From the NCBI GenBank assembly GCA_009602735.1, contig WELA01000919.1:86330-139830 (forward strand): DNA of 53,501 nt. Direction: 5' to 3'. A program made the translations under genes and the position numbers. The notes under the pieces were generated by a model. The model did not search any database. It was not told where the DNA came from and saw only the letters and a list, made by a program, of their open reading frames with translations. The DNA comes from Mesotaenium endlicherianum (Eukaryota). Positions 35,301 to 47,401 of this stretch are shown in pieces; positions within the stretch are counted from its first letter, which is position 1; each line of letters starts with the position of its first letter.

Positions 35301-37608
35301 AAGGTGATGCCATGTGGCCACGACACGCGCGTGCGTTGCTTCCAGAAGCAGGAGGAGCTCAAATGCAACGTCCAGGTTGAGAAGACGTTGTCGTGTGGCC
35401 ACAGCACGCGCGTGCGCTGCTCACAGAAGTTGGAGGCGGTTGAATGCCATGTCCAGGTTGAGAAGAAGCTGCCATGTGGCCATGAAGCAGGCATGCCCTG
35501 CCCACAGAAGCTGGAGGATTACGTGTGCCAGGTGGCGGTGGACATACCGATGCCATGCGGCCACACTGAAGAAGTGCCTTGCTTCCGCAGAGAGGAGGCG
35601 CTTTCGTGCCGTGCCCTTGTGGACAGGGTCGCGCCATGTGGCCACGGTGCCACCATGCCCTGCTCTGAGAAGCTGGAGGACTTTGTATGCCGCGCTCCCG
35701 TGGACAAGAAGCTGCCGTGTGGGCCTGGCCATTCTGCGCGCATGCCTTGCTTCCTGAGCGCGTCGGAGTTTGTATGCCGTACTCGAGTGGACAAGGTGCT
35801 GCCTTGCGGCCACTGTGCCCGCGTGCGTTGCTTCCAGACATTGGAGGGTTTTGAATGCCACATGAAAATCGACAAGGAGATGCCATGCGGCCACCACGCG
35901 CGCATGCCCTGCAACCAAGAGCCGGAGGAGGTTGAGTGCCAGGTGCCGTGCAGGGAGAGGCTGACGCAGTGCGGGCACGAGTGCGTTGGCACGTGCAGCG
36001 CTTGCAAGCGGGGGACTCAGCACGTGTCGTGTCAGCGGGCCTGCCGGAGCATCCTGCCCTGCGGCGACGCATGCGTGGAAAAGTGTGCCAGCTTCTGCCC
36101 GCCCTGCTGGCGCAGGTGCCAGAGCCGCTGCCGGCATGCCAGGTGCCGGCGCAAGTGCGGCGAGCCGTGCCTGCCCTGCAGGGAGCCGTGTGCGTGGCGC
36201 TGCGTTCACTTCTCGTGCGAGCACCTCTGCCACGAGGTCTGCACGCGGCCGCGCTGCAACGCACCGTGCACGCAACGCCTGCGCTGCGGCCACCCCTGCA
36301 TCGGGCTGTGCGGGGAGGCGTGTCCTACCAAGTGCCACACGTGCAACCCGCATCTCTCAGCTGCAAAAGGCGACACAAAGGTGGCTATTGGGGCGGACCG
36401 CGAGATGCGTTGCATACAGCTGGAGGATTGCGGCCACTTGTTTGAAGTGGCAACTTTGGACCGCTGGATGGACGCACAGAATACCTGCAGCCCTTTGGAT
36501 GTTGCCTCAGACGCGGAGCATGATGCCACCACCAGAGGCGGTCTGAGGCCGCCAGCTGTTCCAGTCAAGCTCAAGGAGTGGTATGTACGCACTCGTTAGC
36601 ACCTGGCCCACTGGCTGATTCTCGGAGCACTCCTAGTTGCAGTAAGGCTAGCCTTAGGGCTAGGGCATCTTACTCACCGCATGACATTGGAGCACGCATA
36701 CTGACGGTCCAGATTGTTGGCTGCGTGTCTACCACCACGCTGGCATGCACCAAACTTCACTCTAGATGTAGTTAGGTGGTCAGTGCCCACGCCAGGTATG
36801 CATCCAGATCTGCACGGTCCGTTCAGCACCTGGTGTTTGAGATTACCCACCACAGGCCCCCAGCCCTGCTCTGACATGTGGCTTCTTTCTGGCTGCCACA
36901 CTTACCTGCGCAGTGCGCGTTGCGCGACCCCTCTCTCGCTTTGTTGTCTTTGCTGTGCATGACGTGCGCAGCCCCGAGTGCGGGACTCCCATCAGGAGGA
37001 CCACTGGGCGCTACTCCAACATAGTGAAAGAGCGCCTCGGGAGGCTCGAGGCCGTGAAGCGTCAGATCGTTGGATACGATGCCGTCAATAAAGGGAATCT
37101 GCTGCTGACCGGCAGTCACCCCAAGTTTGCCGAGCAGAAGTTCCGGCAGGCCCTCCACTGCAACCCCCGCCTGCCCGGCGCCCACCACGGCCTGGGGTTG
37201 GCTCTGCTCGCGCAGCAGTATTGCCAGAGTGCGCTGAAGCATTTCTACGCTGTTGCGCGCAGCAGCCCTCTCAGAGACGTCATCCCTGGGGGCCTCGAGG
37301 CCATTGTGAGGGGGGATGGCCGCGCTGGCTTGTTGCCAGCTGGCAATCTCCCCGTCTCGGGGCCTGCCGACTCGGCCTTGCAAATTGAAGCGCTGCTTCT
37401 CATGGCCGAGACGATTCCGCGCGTCAGAGCCCAAGCTTATCTTGATGTCATTCAGATCTGTGACACCGTTCTGAGTATTGAGCCCGAAAACGCCGCGGCC
37501 AAGGAGATGAAGAAGCAGGCACAAATTCACTTTTTCCCACTTTCTGCGAGCCATCGAGCACAAGTGGTGAACAGGACAATGAGAGAAGTGGGCAAAAAGG
37601 GCCAGTGA
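29304..37608 (+). CDS. ZNFX1: ZNFX1-like protein, copy B: PB1 - helical region - SF1 helicase - expanded NF-X1-type ZnF array - RING-like - TPR, truncated before the RZ finger. Exons 29304-29330 (tentative), 29587-30601 (frame disruption ~30050-30080), 31067-33406, 34056-36580, 36972-37608
   Basis: Same helicase motifs and same intron positions as copy A (GLV|GEAF, LK|PEII, KEC|PEC). CIQLEDCGHLFEVATLDRWM. TPR-like VNKGNLLL..AEQKFRQALHCNPRLPGAHHGLG. Stop TGA at 37606-37608. Confidence 0.88.
35283..35936 (+). repeat. Eight tandem ~81-bp coding repeats (27-aa C-x3-V-D/E-K-x-x-P-C-G-H-x5-C zinc-finger unit)
   Basis: CIVLVDKVMPCGHDTRVRC, CNVQVEKTLSCGHSTRVRC, CHVQVEKKLPCGHEAGMPC ... CHMKIDKEMPCGHHARMPC in the 33969..36599 ORF. 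Confidence 0.9.
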
Positions 37609-37701
37609 TATGAGTGCCTCCAAGGCCATGTGTTTGCTGCTGGAGAGGGTGGCGGGGCCCTGGATGTTTTAAAATGCCCCAATTGTACAGCTGAAAGCTG
37701 A
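37609..37701 (+). pseudogene. Degenerate RZ-finger remnant downstream of the copy B stop
   Basis: In frame after TGA: YECLQGHVFAAGEGGGALDVLKCPNCTAES*, aligning with copy A YECPNGHIYTIGNCGLARQASRCPDCGAAV. Confidence 0.85.
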
Positions 37702-38153
37702 AGCGGGTGTGATCGAGAGTATTATGACAATTGAAGATCATTCGCTAATGACTGTACCATTGCTAGTATATACATCGACTGTAAGTATGCTGAGAGCTTG
37801 CAAGGAAAAAAACCAGCTATAGACCAGTGACATACACGCACTTAAATGTACAGTCGAATGAGGAGCAAGGTTTGAACAGCACATTGTTGGTCCCATCCAG
37901 TCTACCTATATAGTGATACATCAATGGTTTTTTCATGTGTCACATCAATCATTGCACAAGAAAATGGTTCCACGACAATCCCAATGTCCCACAGTGCTGG
38001 TTTCTCCTTAACAATCAGCCTTCCATGGCAACATGTTCAATGACTCATAATTCATCGCATCCAAAAGGGCCTCCTGCTACTTCTATGGAGTTTATTTCCT
38101 GAAATGACTGTCTAGTAGCAAGTAGCGTTATTCTTTCAACCAGCGCAGCGTCA

Positions 38154-41065
38154 TTAACTCCTCTCCTGCCCCTCTGACCCAGTGCTCTCATTGTGCGAAG
38201 TCGCAAGCAAAGTCGTTGCCGGCAACTCCGACGTCACTTCGGGGATGCTTTCCCGACCTCTAGATTCCTCCCCCTCCAGGTTACTTTGGGAGGCGCTCCC
38301 ATCTTGCCGAAGGCTCCCCAAGCTGCCACCATCCACCTGATGGCCTGAAACACTGCCTGCTTCTCCCTCACCACTCACAGGGGGGCTATCAGCCTGCTGA
38401 CTACCACTACCAATGCCGTCACTTGCCCCTGCACTCGCATCTGCACTCGTCCCTGCACTCGTCTCGGCGCTAGCGTCAGCAGTCTCTGACTCTTCCTCTG
38501 CCTCCGCCATGCCCTTCTCGGCCTCGAGCACTGGGCCGTAGTACTCAGGGTTGGCCTTCATGCACACTGACAGCTCGTGGGTCATGGCCACACATCGCGA
38601 CACGATGCTGTCACTATCCTTCTCCGCCGCATCGACGCAATCCTCCCACTCCGTGAACTGCTTCCCGCAGGGCCCTGCCTTCATGAAAGCACAGAAGGGG
38701 CACTCTGCCTCCTCCTCCTCCACCTCTGCTGCAGGAGTCGTCGCGCCTGCTGCCGCCGCGGCCGTTTCCCCTGCAACCTCTACGTGGGCCGCCTCTTCCC
38801 CCTCGCCCCCCTCGCCTCCCCCCTCCCCATGCTCCTGCGCGTCTTGTGTTGCTTCGCCGCGAGCTCCAGCTTCAACGCCTTCTTGTCGATCCGCCTCCGC
38901 GCCGAGAACCCTTGCCAGCCCTGCAGACTTTCCGCCGTCGCCCCCGTTCCCACCGTCCCCCTCACTCGGCTGCTGAGTTCCTGTCACGGCGTCTACGGCG
39001 TCTTTGACGATCGCAGCCGCAGTTGCCACCCCATCGGCGATGCTATCCAGCACCACCCACTCGCCACTGCCTGTCTCCGACGTGCCCGTCCCTGCACCCC
39101 CCTCACCTCCGGGCGCAGGCTCCTCCTGCCGTGGGCTATCTTCAGGCTGTGCCTCCTTCCCCCCCCCCTCTCCCCGTCCCCCTCCCTCCTTCTCCGCCTT
39201 GCCCAGAGCTTCCCTTACAAAGTCCTCCACAGCTTCCTCTGCTGCTGCACCCGCCTCCACAAGCTGATGGACTAGCTGCCTCACCCCGCTACCCTGCTGA
39301 GGCGCAGGCTCCTCCAGCTGTGAGCTTTTTTCAGGCTGTGCCTCCTTTCTCCGCCCCTCTCCCTCTCCCCGTCCCCCTCCCTCCTTCCCCACCTTGCCCA
39401 GAGCTTCCCTTACAAAGTCCTCAACAGCTTCCTCTGCTGCTGCACCAGCCTCCACAAGCTGAAGGACGAGCTGCCTTACCTCGCTGCCTACCCCTGCAAG
39501 TGCTCCCTCCTGGTGCCCCTCTCCATGTGCTTCTGCTGCCTCCCCACCGGCACCGAGACTGGAAGGGCGCTCCTCGAGAGGCGTCTCCGCCTCACCCGAG
39601 TCACCCGACTGCCGACTGCTGCCCTCATCCCCCCCTCCTCCTGCTGCAGCCGCCTTGCTCGCGGCAGGATCGTCGGAGCCAGACACAGAGGCGCCAGAGA
39701 AAATGGCAGCACCTGCGTCGCCGTGGGGCACCTCTGCGCCTCCCTGCGGCTGCTCTGCCTGCTCCTCCGGAATGGATACCTCTGCATCTGATAACAGGGA
39801 GCTCACTCTCTCCTCGTCTGTGTCCGGCACTGCGTGTCCTCCCTCCTGCCCTCTCCCCTCTGCCCCCCCTGTTGCCTCTACTCCCTCTGGCTCATGTGCC
39901 AGCGCCTCCAATTGCACGTGGTGGGGCTCGATTGGATGCCCACGGGGATCCTCTGCATGACAGGCGCGTCAAATGTCATCTCCCCACTCCCACTCGTGTG
40001 TAAGTCCTTTCTGGCAGCCTTCAAGCTCAGTCGTGCAGACAGTGGCCAGTTAATTGTTTTTTTTATTTTTTGGGGCAGCATGTCTAGGAATGGAGGAGGT
40101 CAGCAAAGATTCTTCCAAATGAAAAATCCCGATGGAGACATAATAGGGGCAAACACATTTACACTTAACCATGCATTGAGCTTGACAGAAAGAGAGGAGT
40201 GCATGCGAGGAATCCCATATGGTCAGACAACAAGGGTTTATGAGAGCGAGAAATGACTGAGTTGACTCTACGTCAGTGACTCCTAGCCGACACGGAGACG
40301 TATATTGCTTCCACAAACGTATGCATCACATTTTTTGCCACAGATACTTTAACATCATCTCCCCTTTCTCAATGTAAAGATCATTCTTAGCAGCGGTCTC
40401 AAGGAGTTGAAGTGTAGAACCAACAACAGTTGAAGGGCCCATTTTATTCATTTTATTCATTTTAGACAGCTACTAGAATTTGATTCAAAAGGTAGTGCAA
40501 TATAGTCAACCGACACTCCAGGTCTAAATACACTAACGATACTAGTGACCTCATGCGTCACTGGCCCTCAGACAGTCAAAAAGAGTGAACCCAACTGCAA
40601 AACACCTTAACTAAACTACACCTGTTATCTCCAATTTTAGCGATAGCAAATCTGTCAAACACTGATTCACCCCCCCCCTCCTCGGTCCCCCTCTTATAAA
40701 GCAACCCCAAGATGTCTTCCTTGAAATCAACAAGCTCATTCTCCAAGATGTCTTTTTAATCCTGCACAACTGAAGTGGTTGGTGAGGATAAAAAATTAGT
40801 ACGAACCTGTTGTTAAGCGCTCCCCAATAAGGGCAGACCCGGCTAGACCCAGTATCGCTATTGCTGTAAAAAAAGGATCGTTGTCATTGATCCCTTTTGG
40901 AAATCGACCTGAGCTCATTTGAGCATCCTTCACGAAAGCAGTCGCACTCAGTGAGCGAGCTAACCGAGGGCCAGCCTGCTGGGTCCTGTGCTGATACCTA
41001 TGCACGGGAAACAATGACTTTGCTGCGTTACAAAAGCCCCGACTCTTGCATAATCTGGCCAGCAT
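38154..41065 (-). CDS. GCK-domain (Mia40-related twin CX9C) protein with mitochondrial-presequence-like N-terminus and a hydrophobic segment. Exons 41065-40807 and 39952-38154
   Basis: ECPFCAFMKAGPCGKQFTEWEDC..CVAMTHELSVCMKANPEYYGP is a GCK domain. Upstream exon MLARLCKSRGF..RLARSLS..PFFTAIAILGLAGSALIG ends ACAG|GTTCGT (phase 1) and joins catgcag|AG at 39952 in frame. Extra exons cannot be excluded. Confidence 0.75.
39130..39480 (-). repeat. Internal coding duplication (~190 bp x2) in the GCK gene
   Basis: VRQLV[L/H]QLVEAGAAAEEAVEDFVREALGK..KEGGGRGEG..KEAQPE occurs twice. Confidence 0.9.
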
Positions 41066-41932
41066 CTTGTTGAATATCGAGGGTAACGTCAGAGGACTCT
41101 CACGGGTCTAAAGCTGCTAGACCTTGAACTATTAGAGAGCATCACGAGGCCGGGAGCTGATACTTTCCTCCCACAGTAGTCGCTCACTGAACTGCGCGAG
41201 AGGTCAAGCTGCCCTCAGCAAACCTCAGCACAACACTGATCTGCCGCATGAAGTTGCATGAGGCAGCAAGACTTCGACCCACTTCGTACTGCACTTGAAG
41301 CAACTGAAGCCCACTTGAAGCAACTCCAGGCTGCTTTCAGAGCAAAAAGTGGTTTGAAGACGCCACGTTTCAGACTTATACCCTCGTTGTCCCGGATACT
41401 TGGATTCGAGTCAGAATTAGTAACTCAACTTAGTTTTCTCGTACTTGTTCGTACACGTACACAAAGTGGTCCTTGAAGCTGCCTTGAAGTGCCTTGCATG
41501 AGGGCAGTTGATAACGGGCAGACTGGAGCAGTCGAACCAAGTCGAACACACGAAAATTTCCGTTCCCACTTCAAATTGCTCCACTGGCCCCCCACGACGA
41601 GGCGGGAAAGCCGCCATAAAGGGGTTTGTTAAATCCCCGGTTCAGGATCTCTCATGTCTCACAAATCCTCCCCTGCATACATATTCAGTGTCTCCATGGG
41701 TACCATTGACTGCCAGCGCATGCCAAGGACCACCAAGGACCACGGGCCAACCTGGGCAGTCCCAATCGTCCCCATAGCTTCTGCAGAACAAGTGGGGATT
41801 ACCCGTTCAGATGGCATGAGCTATCGGTATGCCTGATATGCCCCCTTAAATGCCACATGATGAAGATTCTCGACCAATGCCGGAAGGGGTTGGAGGTGGT
41901 CCGCCAAAGGGGCATCCGCCAACCCTCACCCG

Positions 41933-41940
41933 TATATATA
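41933..41940 (+). promoter_or_regulatory. Candidate TATA box of the TBP gene
   Basis: TATATATA ~55 bp before a donor (CAGG|GTGAGC, 41997) of a probable 5'-UTR intron ending near 42133, just ahead of the TBP ATG. Confidence 0.45.
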
Positions 41941-42145
41941 GCCACCAGCGACCATAAAGTTGTAGAAGCAACCTTACAGAGAAAGTTTCTCCCAGGGTGA
42001 GCATTTCTGCGGGATCATGGGGCATCATCCCCAAGTTTGACCCAGGCTTGTCATCGACTGATTATATCTCACGCTCTTAACCACGTTTTAATCTACATCT
42101 TGGACTAACTCAGCTTCTCTGGTCATCACCAAGGAGCTCCCCGGG

Positions 42146-45100
42146 ATGGCTGAGCTGGAGGGCAGCCAGCCAGTGGACCTTGCCAAGCATCCCTCTGGAA
42201 TTGTTCCTACGCTGCAGTGAGTATCCAGTGGAAAGTTACCGCATGGTAGAGATGTTCAGATGCTTCTAATAACCAACCTAACAGTCAATAGCAGTCATTC
42301 TGCGAGTTGCTCATTGAAGCGCTGATAACTCACTATACCTGTACGGATATGTCACACGGTCCTCCTGCCTCTGTATGCGGCAGGAATATTGTGTCAACCG
42401 TGAACATGGACTGCAGGCTGGACCTGAAGGAAATTGCGCTTAGAGCCAGAAATGCTGAGTACAATCCGAAGGTAGGCACTATCAGCACCACTTTCACGCT
42501 CATCATGTTGGTGGTGGTGTTGTCTGTGGTACGGAACACAGTCCTCAGAATGTGCTAGTATAATTTGGAAAAATGACACGGGAGAACAATTTTTAATCGA
42601 CTTCATGAATATCAAGTAATGTCACAGGCTTCCCTAAGTGCTGGCTTTTCATGCTGGACGGACCAATTGATTGACGTCGAACTTAACTTGTGAAAATGGA
42701 TACGAAAAGCACTGAACTGCAAGTTTGAAGGAGATTGACACGGTGAACAACTTCCCTCTATTCTGCTGCAGCGTTTTGCTGCCGTGATTATCAGAATACG
42801 AGAGCCCAAGACTACAGCTCTAATATTCGCATCAGGCAAGATGGTGAGTCCACCATGGAGTGCATACCTCCCCTGCTGACATAGCTGCGTAAAGGAAGCT
42901 TCCTGATGGCAGTGAAGTGGTAACCAGGAATTGGCCTACTCCGTATGGCCTCCTGACGACATCATCATAGGCCCTGTTGGTGACATCAGCGCAACTTTAG
43001 GCCTTGTTGGGAGCTTGGGACCTGTACATATTGATGCACGACGAGCCCTGTGTTTCTGAAGCAGAATAACTGTGCTTGAACTCGTCCACTAGTCCCAGCA
43101 TCTCCTGTCCATGTGCGCTGTCTTTCCCCTGCTGTAGTCATCTGTTCCATCTGCAACAGCCGCCGATGTTGAACCACATTCCTTTGGCCTGCCTCTGGCC
43201 CTCCCTGCACAAGCTTCTGAGCAAGCACTCCATGAACGAGATGACATGGCGTGCTGGGTGCTCATCACTCGCATGCCCGACCTTTGCTGCAGGTCTGCAC
43301 TGGCGCCAAGAGCGAAGACCAGTCCAGGCTGGCGGCACGCAAGGTAAATCGCTTGCGCGCCTGAGAAAGCTCTTGCGTAGAAGCACAGTAATTGAGTGGA
43401 ATCCTTCTGAGAAGAAAGTTGTCACACAAGCAGATGATGCCCAAAGCCAGTCTCATGTGCGCTTTTCACCCCCATGTGGCACCGCCAGAAGCCACATGGC
43501 TTGCTGCAGCGTTAGCTTTGGATTTTATTGCTGTGTGCCAGCGTAAGCGCACGAGCCTGAAGAACGTGTTCAGTAGCGTTCCCCCGATCAGAACGTTCCT
43601 GGTGCCTCGTGTGTCTCCCTGCGAGATGCATGCGTGCAGCATGCAGGCAAGCTCAAGGCCCCCCTGTCTCACCTGGTTATGTCTGAACACTCCCTCTGTC
43701 CCCTCCTGCTCGGCTCTTCTCGCAGCTTCCGGCCCCTCTGCGGCCGCTAAATAGCTTGATGGTATTTTTGCTGGAAGGCATAGCTAGGGCACTGATAGCT
43801 CTGGGGAGGGAGGGCTTGTCTCTTGTGTGGCCCGTGCAGTACGCTAGAATCATCCAGAAGCTGGGCAACGACCAAGTGCGCTTCAAGGTACGCCCCCCCT
43901 GGCTGTACACCTCCCCTGGCGCGTACCTCACCTCCTGCATGCTCTCCGTGCGTTTCAACGTCTCGTGCCCACGTCAGCTGCCACGCTTCCCACGCATGCT
44001 CGCATGCTCGCTGGTAGCACGTAGGGGCCTTCTCTCCCCGGCCTTTGGTGTCTCTGTGTCGCGCCTCAGTCGAAGGCCCCTGGCCTGGGCCACATGCGTG
44101 GCAGGGCCAGAGCGAGGCTCCTGGAACTTGTGGCTCTCTTCTCTTGCCTGTATGAAGGCTTGCTTGAGTGGAAGGGAGCACCGCCCCCTAGAATAGAGCC
44201 CCCCCCTTGTGGAGGTGGGCCCCTCAGCCTGGCTGGCAGAGGAGGCAGGGGAGGGAGAGTGGGCCTCTCAGCGTGCGTGGTGGGCTCACCCACCCTTGTC
44301 CTTTGGCTGGCCTCATTGCTGCTCTCCCTGGATGCATGGGATGGGATGGGATAGGTGGGGTGCATGCCTGACTGAGGCTGACTGGGATGGGATGGGATGG
44401 GACGGTGGTGGTGATGTGTTGCCGCTGCAGGACTTCAAGATTCAGAACATCGTGGGGTCGTGCGACGTCAAGTTCCCCATCCGCCTGGAGGGCCTCCAGA
44501 TTGCCCACCAGCACTTTTCCAGCGTGCGTTGCGCGGCCTCCTCCTCCTCCTCCTCCCCCTCCTCCTGCTGCTGCTGCTACTTTCCCTCCCTCCTTCCTCC
44601 CCCCCCTTCGTACTTCATCTCCTGTCACCCAATGGCAGAGTGTGGCTGAGTGGGGATTGTGTGCAGTGTAGCGCTTAGCCTGGCTCTGGTTTCTTTTGCA
44701 ACAGCAGAAGCGCGCCGCCGTTGTTGCAGGCCGTCACTAGACTTGGACGACCAGTCGGTTCTGCATTGTGCAGATGCCCTCACACTCGCGCAGACGAGCA
44801 CATTGCAGCATAGGTGCAGAGCTTCGCGTGCATGTGCGCTCACGTGCGCGCGTGCATGCTTACGTGCTCGCGTCTTTGTGTGTGTGTGCGTGTGTGTGTC
44901 TCTATGTGTGCGCGCTTGCACGCGTGCACACATGCGTGCGTGCCGAGTGTGATTGGTGCCAGCATGGGGGCTTGTGCCTGTGCTCTGGCCGTGCCTCATG
45001 AGATGGCAGCCAGCTTGATGCTGGGGTGGGGCCTGCAGGGGCAGGGCGAGGGGGCCAGGCTGGCAGGCTGCGGTCGCGCAACTGACGCTTGTGTCCTCCT

Positions 45101-45639
45101 GCATGCTGCGCGGTGCTGTGCCTTCGTGCTCGCGTGCAGTATGAGCCGGAGCTGTTCCCGGGCCTCATCTACCGGATGAAGCAGCCCAAGATTGTGCTGC
45201 TCATCTTTGTCTCGGGGAAGATTGTTCTCACCGGCGCCAAGGTAGGCGGGCACGCCAGGGGGCACGCATAAGGCCCGCACTCTTGAATTAACAACTGGCG
45301 GGCTTCATGTTGTGACTTGCGCCTCACTCGCTTGCCCACTCTGCGTGCTTGAAAATGGGATAAGCCTTCTTGCCCTTCAAGCGCTTGCGGCTGCTGCTGC
45401 CACATTCTTGATGTGCTGTCAAAATGCCACCTGCCGTGTTTCATCGCTGATGTGTGGGCCAGCTGGCGGGCAGGCAAAGGGTCTAGGAGCCTCGCATGAA
45501 GTTATGACAGCCAGGGAAGGCTAAGAGTTGTAGGGAGGAGCGTCCGATCAGGAAGCACGATCCCCACACCCTGCAATTGCCACTCACATGCCCCGGGGCC
45601 TTTATGTGCTCTCCCCCTCTCGTTTCCCTCCCCCCCCCC

Positions 45640-45677
<38 letters not shown>

Positions 45678-45790
45678 GTGTGTGTGTGCGTGTGTGTGTG
45701 AGCGCGCGCGTGTGCGTGCAGGTCCGACAGGAGATCTATGACGCCTTTGAGAACATCTACCCTGTGCTGAACCAGTTTCGAAAAGCGTGA
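42146..45790 (+). CDS. TBP: TATA-box binding protein. Exons 42146-42216, 42384-42471, 42772-42843, 43293-43343, 43840-43887, 44431-44523, 45140-45241, 45722-45790
   Basis: Spliced product [72 protein letters not shown].. YARIIQKLG.. [22 protein letters not shown].. [56 protein letters not shown]. All introns GT-AG. Confidence 0.97.
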
Positions 45791-47401
45791 CAGGTGCGCT
45801 ACCATTCACTTCTTCAATCTCAAGGAAGCCATCAAATTACTCAACAGCCGTAGGCACCCGCTTAAGTCTGTCTCCCACGTGTATCTAGCACTTCATGTCC
45901 TGTGGGTCAAAAATCATCAGAGAGTACAGTTGATGGAGGTCCTGTTTGATTGATTTCTTTTGGGTCTTTGGGTTTACGTTCCCCCTTCATCATCCTCAAT
46001 CAAATTATATGCTAAAATTAACTTACATGCAGTGACAAAGGCTTCACGACCTTTCCTGGAGAGGTTTCCCTTTGTCGTTTTAGTGTGCACACCTTGGTGC
46101 TACGCTGCCACCTGAAGAGCGTGTCAACATCTTCGTCTCTGCTGCAGGACGGGCAGCCCAGCCCCCATAGCTAACGCCTGTTGGTTTGTCTGCCGCCCGC
46201 ATACTTGCAGGTGTGCAGAGGCCGCCTCGTGGCTGTCAGCCACCTTTCTAAGTGCGGAGTTGGTGTCTATGAGCCCAAATACGCTATATGAGACAGAAGC
46301 TCAGTTCGTCACCACCTCCTCCTGCTGCATTCTCTGCTGAATGCAGGCATCTCCTTCCGTATCTTCTCATGTGATCCGCTTCCACGACAGTTGAGCTCGT
46401 CCTCTCGTGGAGCCACTGTTTTCCCCTTTTAAGTTACATTCTGATTGGGACAATTCGTTGATTAACAACATGAGAGGAGGCACTCTTAGCATGACACCTC
46501 CTCATTTTGTGTACACGCAAAAAAAATTTGCAGGCAGCCAATTCAGTGAGAGCTGCTGCTGAGCTGTGGCTCCAAGTCTTTCTCCTAGAGAGGCTGAACA
46601 GGACACAGACGAGCTGGACTGTATGACCCTGAAGTGGCTCAGTTGCAAGTGGCCATCAGTACGTTGATGTGAATTATATCGCTTTGTTCCGATAAGCTAG
46701 ATGCAATGTATTCATTGATGTATTTGGTACAAACAATTAAGTTGTATCCCTCACAAAAGGGAACCAGTTGACAAAGCAGCGATCAGAATTGTCTGCTGCC
46801 CGCTGTACTATTTGAAATAAAAAGTCCAAATCTTAACCATTCTGGTTCTGAGTTGCCAGCTAGATTGTTTGCATCTGAGGTAATCAAGTTGCTCACATGC
46901 ACTCTTGCTTCCACAGTACAGCACGGTGTCGACCAGTATGCAGTAGGTTCAAATTTTGAGAAGACGATCTGGTGGGGATCAATGGGTGTGACGAAAGGCA
47001 CATATACCAACTACACTCTTACAATGCGCATACTAATTTCACACGGGGCTCTGGTTGAGCCATATAACATACCACTGTCTGGGCCTTGGGCCAGCTGAAT
47101 GACCCTAATATTGAGACGATGGACGACAGTGCGAGGCACAGCATCGACCTACCCTGCAGATTTGCATGTAGTCTATGCAATATTCTACAAATTAAGAGCC
47201 TGGTCCTTCTATGCTACTTCTGCCGCTCGCGCTTAGCACGCGTGCCCATCTCAAATGAGGAACCAACAGGCAACCCTTATGATCAACAGAAGTTCTCAAA
47301 CATCATAATTGACACCAACCTCCAAAACCTGATTGAAAGAATGAACCAATCCAGCTTTACAGCTGTACATGCCGGCAATCGTCCCCCCCAAAGCGCAACA
47401 G

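Noticed and set aside
16620..37701. Interpretation of the inverted pair as a transposon (Helitron or TIR element)
   Set aside because: The helicase is UPF1/ZNFX1-type, not PIF1-type; no Rep, transposase, terminal repeats or target-site duplication were seen.
41258..41476. 72-aa helical-looking ORF between the GCK and TBP genes
   Set aside because: Short, no confident family match, and lies in the probable divergent promoter region.
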